Shown: one piece after another, positions 58,361 through 64,000 of the stretch
How positions within the stretch are numbered: the stretch's first letter is position 1
How the letters are laid out: each line of letters starts with the position of its first letter
Source: Eledone cirrhosa
Lineage: Eukaryota
DNA length: 64,000 nucleotides
Assembly: GCA_964016885.1 (NCBI GenBank)
Contig: OZ024740.1
Span: 113,956,001-114,020,000 of the forward strand
Reading direction: 5' to 3'
Translations under genes and position numbers: made by a program
Notes under the pieces: generated by a model
Told to the model about the DNA's origin: nothing
The model's input: the letters and a program-made list of their open reading frames with translations, nothing else
The model's database searches: none

Positions 58361-58570
58361 TTCATTTTCTGAATTTGTTTAGCAAGATTCTTTATCTGAA
58401 AACGTGTGTTGAAACCGATATTGTTATATTTTGGGAGGGTCATGTTGCCAATAAGAAACACACACACCAGTTGCTTTCACTTCAATTTATCATAATAAAT
58501 TTACAAATTTAGGAATTTATAAATTTCCGGTTATTGGTTGGTTCCACAACCAGATGGTTGTTTATATATT

Positions 58571-58613
58571 GTCAAAGTTCTTTCGTCACACCTTCTGTGA
58601 CCTCTTCAGTGAC
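58571..58613 (-). ncRNA. Hammerhead motif (left arm)
   Basis: Exact reverse complement of 58733-58775. Confidence 0.72.
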
Positions 58614-58732
58614 TGGGGATTCTTTTCTTTGTTTTTTTGTGCCTCTCCTTTGTTCTGTCCTACGCCATCTTGTTTTTGATGGCGTAGAACAGAACAAAGG
58701 AGAGGCACAAAAAACAAAGAAAAGAATCCCCA

Positions 58733-58775
58733 GTCACTGAAGAGGTCACAGAAGGTGTGACGAAAGAACTTTGAC
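58733..58775 (+). ncRNA. Hammerhead motif (right arm)
   Basis: GUCA-CUGAAGAG-GUCACA gaagg UGUGAC-GAAA-GaaC-UU-UGAC. Confidence 0.72.
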
Positions 58776-59176
58776 AATATATAAACAACCATCTGGTTGT
58801 GGAACCAACCAATAACCGGAAATTTATAAATTCCTAAATTTGTAAATTTATTATAATAAATTGAAGTGAAAGCAACTGGTGTGTGTGTTTCTTATTGGCA
58901 ACATGACCCTCCCAAAATATAACAATATCCGTTTCAACACACGTTTTCAGATAAAGAATCTTGCTAAACAAATTCAGAAACGAAATATATATATATATAT
59001 GTATATACATATGTATATATATATGTATATATATATATATGTATGTTGTTCTACTTGGGGAGGGTCATATTTGTGTAATATTGCCAGAATTAATAACAGA
59101 ACACACTCACTGTTTGGTTGGTTTTCGCTTTTCGCTTCTGTGTCTTTTATATCCGTTATATATGTATGTATATATG

Positions 59177-59778
59177 AATGTAATCTGAGTTTTTCTAATA
59201 TTAATAATTGTTTCTACTTTTGGCACAAGGGCAGCAATTACCCAGTACATTACTAGTACTTTATTTTATCGACCCCGTAAGGATGAAAGGCAAAGTTAAC
59301 CCCGGCGGAATTTGAACTCAGATCATAAAGGGACGTAACTCTATGCTTCAAAGCATTGCGTTCGACTCTCTACCGATACTGCCAAATATTAATAATAACA
59401 TTCGATTCGTTTGCAATTATGCAAACAAGCCTCAATGTTATAGCCATGTGAGTAGAATGTACCCCTCATTCTTGCCCTTGTGTTGGCATGTGAACACAAG
59501 AGCAAGAATGGAGGGTTCATTCTACTGATATGGCTATAAAATTGAGGCTTGTTTGCATAATTGCAAACAAGTCGAATGTTATCGGTAGGGGGTCGGACGC
59601 CATGCTTTCCAGCATAGTTACGTCCCTTTACGATCTGAGTTCAATCCCACCGAGGTTGACTTTGCCTTTCATCCTTACGGGGTCGATAACATAAAGTACC
59701 AGTAATGCACTGGGTAATTGCCGGCCTTGTGCCTAAAGTAGAAACAATTATTAATATTCGAAAAACTCAGATTACATT
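59177..59778. repeat. Palindrome of two head-to-head family A SINEs around a ~185-bp fold-back core (59397-59580)
   Basis: SINE (-) at ~59190-59388 and SINE (+) at 59581-59752. The core is self-complementary around ~59490. Confidence 0.88.
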
Positions 59779-59813
59779 TATTGTATTCAGCCATGTAGAG
59801 CGGAACATTTTTT

Positions 59814-59911
<98 letters not shown>

Positions 59912-60021
59912 GTTTACATATGTGTGTGTGGGTGTGCACGTGTATGTACCTGTGTATGTGTATACATATATGTTTGTGTACGTCTCTTTGTACAAATCTC
60001 TATCATTCTCTCTCTCTCACT

Positions 60022-60077
<56 letters not shown>

Positions 60078-60379
60078 ATATTCATGTGTGTGTGTGGGTG
60101 TATTTATTTATTTATATATGGAGGGATAACCAGTCATATCGATAGATAGATGAATATATTAGTATGTACGTATTATATGGCACAGCAGTGAATAGTATAA
60201 CGTATTGATTATACATTTCCTGATACCTTGAAATTTGGATATTTGCCATTCATATATGGATGTATTATCATCTGGATGAAACTTAGATATTCAAGCACAT
60301 CTTGAAACGATGTACCTTTTCACAGGCACTCAAGTATAATGAACAACCAGCTGTGTTCGTATGCTATATGCATATGTAT

Positions 60380-60948
<569 letters not shown>

Positions 60949-63900
60949 TGAGGGAGAATAATTGAGAAATTTTATTTTGCGTAACAATTCAGCCAATCAT
61001 AATTCATAATGCGAATATAAGAATATTTCAAATGCGCTTTATATACATCGTATACAAACGGGTATGCGATATAAATTATTACAACATGGATATCGTATTC
61101 ATTCGTCTTTGCTACTGATCAAGCGGCAAATAGGGACATATATGATGAAAAGATGTTGAAGTATCTGATATTCTACATATTATAATTATATCAAACACTG
61201 AGCCGAAAATTCAGCACCAGGGAATATACCTATACTGGTTTAAACACAACTGGTGAAATGCTTCTGGAAGTGAACGTCCATTTATTTTCATAGGATATAT
61301 TAATCTTGGTGAATTATATATTATTTATTTAATATTCGGTTTCATTGGGAATTTTAAATCAATTTTTCTGATATAAAGATGAGAACTCACTCGTGTCATT
61401 TTATATTAGGATAGAAATATATTGACGCCCTGTAGTGTATCTAGGACAGGCTGCAGTACATGTAACCTAACATTCTTGAAATTCTAATTATGGGAGTATT
61501 GGAACTAGATACTATGACTGAAAAAAATCCATCAATTGCAAAGTGAGCATGCTAAAATATTCAGTTTCCTCACTCAGTATAGTGCACTATCATGGTTGAA
61601 TTGTTACGAGGTTCGCTTCATACACATATAGTTCGTGGTTATATTTAAACAATATAGACTACGTAAAATTCACTGACTTTCAAATGTAATACACGGTTTA
61701 CCTCTCTTGTTTCCAGCAATCCAAATATTATAACCTTATCCAAGACTGATTTTAGTCAGCTTGGAGAGATATTCGAACGTATCAAAGGGTACGTGCAAAG
61801 GTCAGATCAAAGTCACGACCAGTAATTCTAGCAGAGTAAATACTATGTAGATTTTGTTAGAAGCTTCATCGATACTTGTCTGAAAAAGTTTAATTAGACA
61901 TTGCTCCATTTCTAGCTTTCATGAACTGTCGCCAATTCACTGTTGTTTTATTTTACACTAAGAGAGACCATTAACTCTCCACAACGTGGCTTTCCGATTT
62001 TAGTGACCGACGCTCCTTTCTTGAAATAATAATTCCCATGATAGGCAGATAACCAGCAGCGGATCACATTTTATGGTACCTGGCATAAATTCTAATTGCA
62101 ATATGTTTGTTTTATTATTGCTAGCATTGCAGTAACAGGTTAGATTTATTGAATAAAATCAGTAAATTGGATCAAAGATTAATTCTTGATTTAATATATC
62201 ATATAAGAACCAACACATTAATACGTTAAACTCGTCACATAAAATCTTTCTACGGGATCACTTTAGTTTTCCCTGCAACATTATAATACTTTAATGTAAA
62301 TTTCCTTCGTTAAAAGCATGAATGATAGAAATGTAATTTTCTCTCTCGCTGAGTATTCGAAATATGAATGGAAACATATAATTACACACAACAATCTGTA
62401 ACCATCATGGAACTTAATCCTAGCTGTTAATTGTATCACATTAAATACTACCGGAAGGTAATGAGTGATGTGTCACATTTTAACAGATGTTATATATATA
62501 TATATATAGAAAGAGTGGTTTTGTGTGTGTTTGTATATATACGTAATTATACCGACACAAAATATGCATATGGTTACGTATATGCATGTATAAAATTTGG
62601 TACATATCCATCGATGTCAAGTTGATGGTTAGCTGTTGTTTAGTTCAGGAACCAGATTTTTCTTCTTCTGATGCACCAAATACAATTCAGTTTCTTTCGC
62701 CGTGTTAAAATATCTTTATAAACTGTTAACTAATGATCCTAATAATTAGGCCCGGATAACAAGTGCAGAGGAAGCAGCGTCTGCATTTAATGTTGCATTG
62801 CAGAAACACACACGCACGCGCGTGCACACACACACACGTGTATATATATATATTGTCAAGTTTTAAGCTAATGATCCACTCTCTCTTCAGTCAAAGTTTC
62901 TCAACATGTATTATTATTTTGGCAACACAAATTATATTCATTTGGAACTTATCGCAATAAAGGAACGACCGATTTTACTGTTTCATTTTTTGTCAGTTAT
63001 TTAAGTTGTGATATTGATATGAGAGAAGCGATGGTATTTAAATTATCACCAATCACCATACCGATGTATGTTCGGTAGTTAATAGATTGTGATGTAATCA
63101 GTGTTTTTTCTAAACTAAGGGAGTTACAACAAGTATCCGTTACCAGATTTTACTTCACGTTTTCTTACAGAGAACATATTTTCTTAAGAAATAAATAGCT
63201 GGGCAGAAATATATGAATGGCAAAGGATGTCAAATAAATCAAAGCAAAATGAAGTTTTAACAAGTATATTTCAACATAATATTTCAAAGCTAATAACTCT
63301 TTTCAATTGTGAAATGGAAACAGTTCAAAACAAAAACGAACGATTAACTGATCTATGTGTCCAAACACACAGGCGTAGACTTGTTATAATGGTCAATCTG
63401 AATCTTACATTTCCAATCTGTATTGTTTATAAAAAAGGTAAAATGCCCAGATGGAGAAATAACTATACAGACAGTGGATTGATTATAAAATCAGATAATG
63501 GTTAGAGCAGTCAGCCGGTGCCTGAATCATACGTAGTTCGAATTTTTTAGCGGCCGCTGGCCACATTTAAATTTCCATTGGGGTATTTTACCCGTATTTC
63601 CTAGCTAATATTTATAGTAACCGAGAGAATTTATAGTTATTTTTGTAACTGAGTTTCTTACATTTTCTATAAAATTGTAAGTGCGTTAATTTAAATATGT
63701 ACACACACATATATATAATGTATATATGCATGTATGTGTGTTTGTATGTGTAAATGTATATATGTATGCATTTATGTTTCTCTATGTGTGTGTGCGCGCG
63801 TGTGCAGGTGTGTGTGTGTATATGTGTTTGTGGGGGGGGGGGGGGTGCATGTTCGGTAATAAATCAAAGATAGAAGCATCAATTTTGTTTTTATTAATAG

Positions 63901-64000
63901 CTGAACAAGTCTTTGATTTTCAAAAGCCTTCCAAATATATTTTTGATATTGCTATGTTAAATTAATACACAATATACACGAACGATGTCCGCAAGGGAAA

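Larger units (their letters stand above)
58360..58987. repeat. Near-perfect palindrome of PLE 3' repeat sequence (~310-bp arms, 8-nt loop at 58670-58677)
   Basis: Centre ctacgccatc-ttgttttt-gatggcgtag. Arms are homologous to 46641-46868. Confidence 0.95.

Overview
AT-rich, microsatellite-dense animal DNA, most likely intronic or intergenic sequence from an octopod cephalopod (inferred from the recurrent tRNA-derived SINE, not verified). No host gene can be called with confidence. The window is a nested set of mobile elements. It holds a decayed L1/Tx1 LINE (-), a near-intact R4/Dong-type RLE LINE (+, one in-frame TGA) and decayed R4 copies, four RTE-clade LINEs and RTE-derived non-autonomous elements. 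It also holds tRNA SINEs, three non-autonomous Helitrons, Tc1/mariner remnants and Penelope-like element (PLE) fragments. The layer missed by the ORF track is RNA structure. About ten minimal or variant hammerhead-ribozyme motifs sit mostly in TA-flanked fold-back palindromes, including a ~630-bp palindrome with a hammerhead on each strand. A Naiad-like PLE has an in-frame TGA at a CxxC cysteine position (possible selenocysteine). An HDV/CPEB3-like fold lies at an RTE 5' end, and 5'-UTR modules are shared between R4 and RTE elements. All folds were read by eye and activity is untested. Most short ORFs in the track are microsatellite artefacts.
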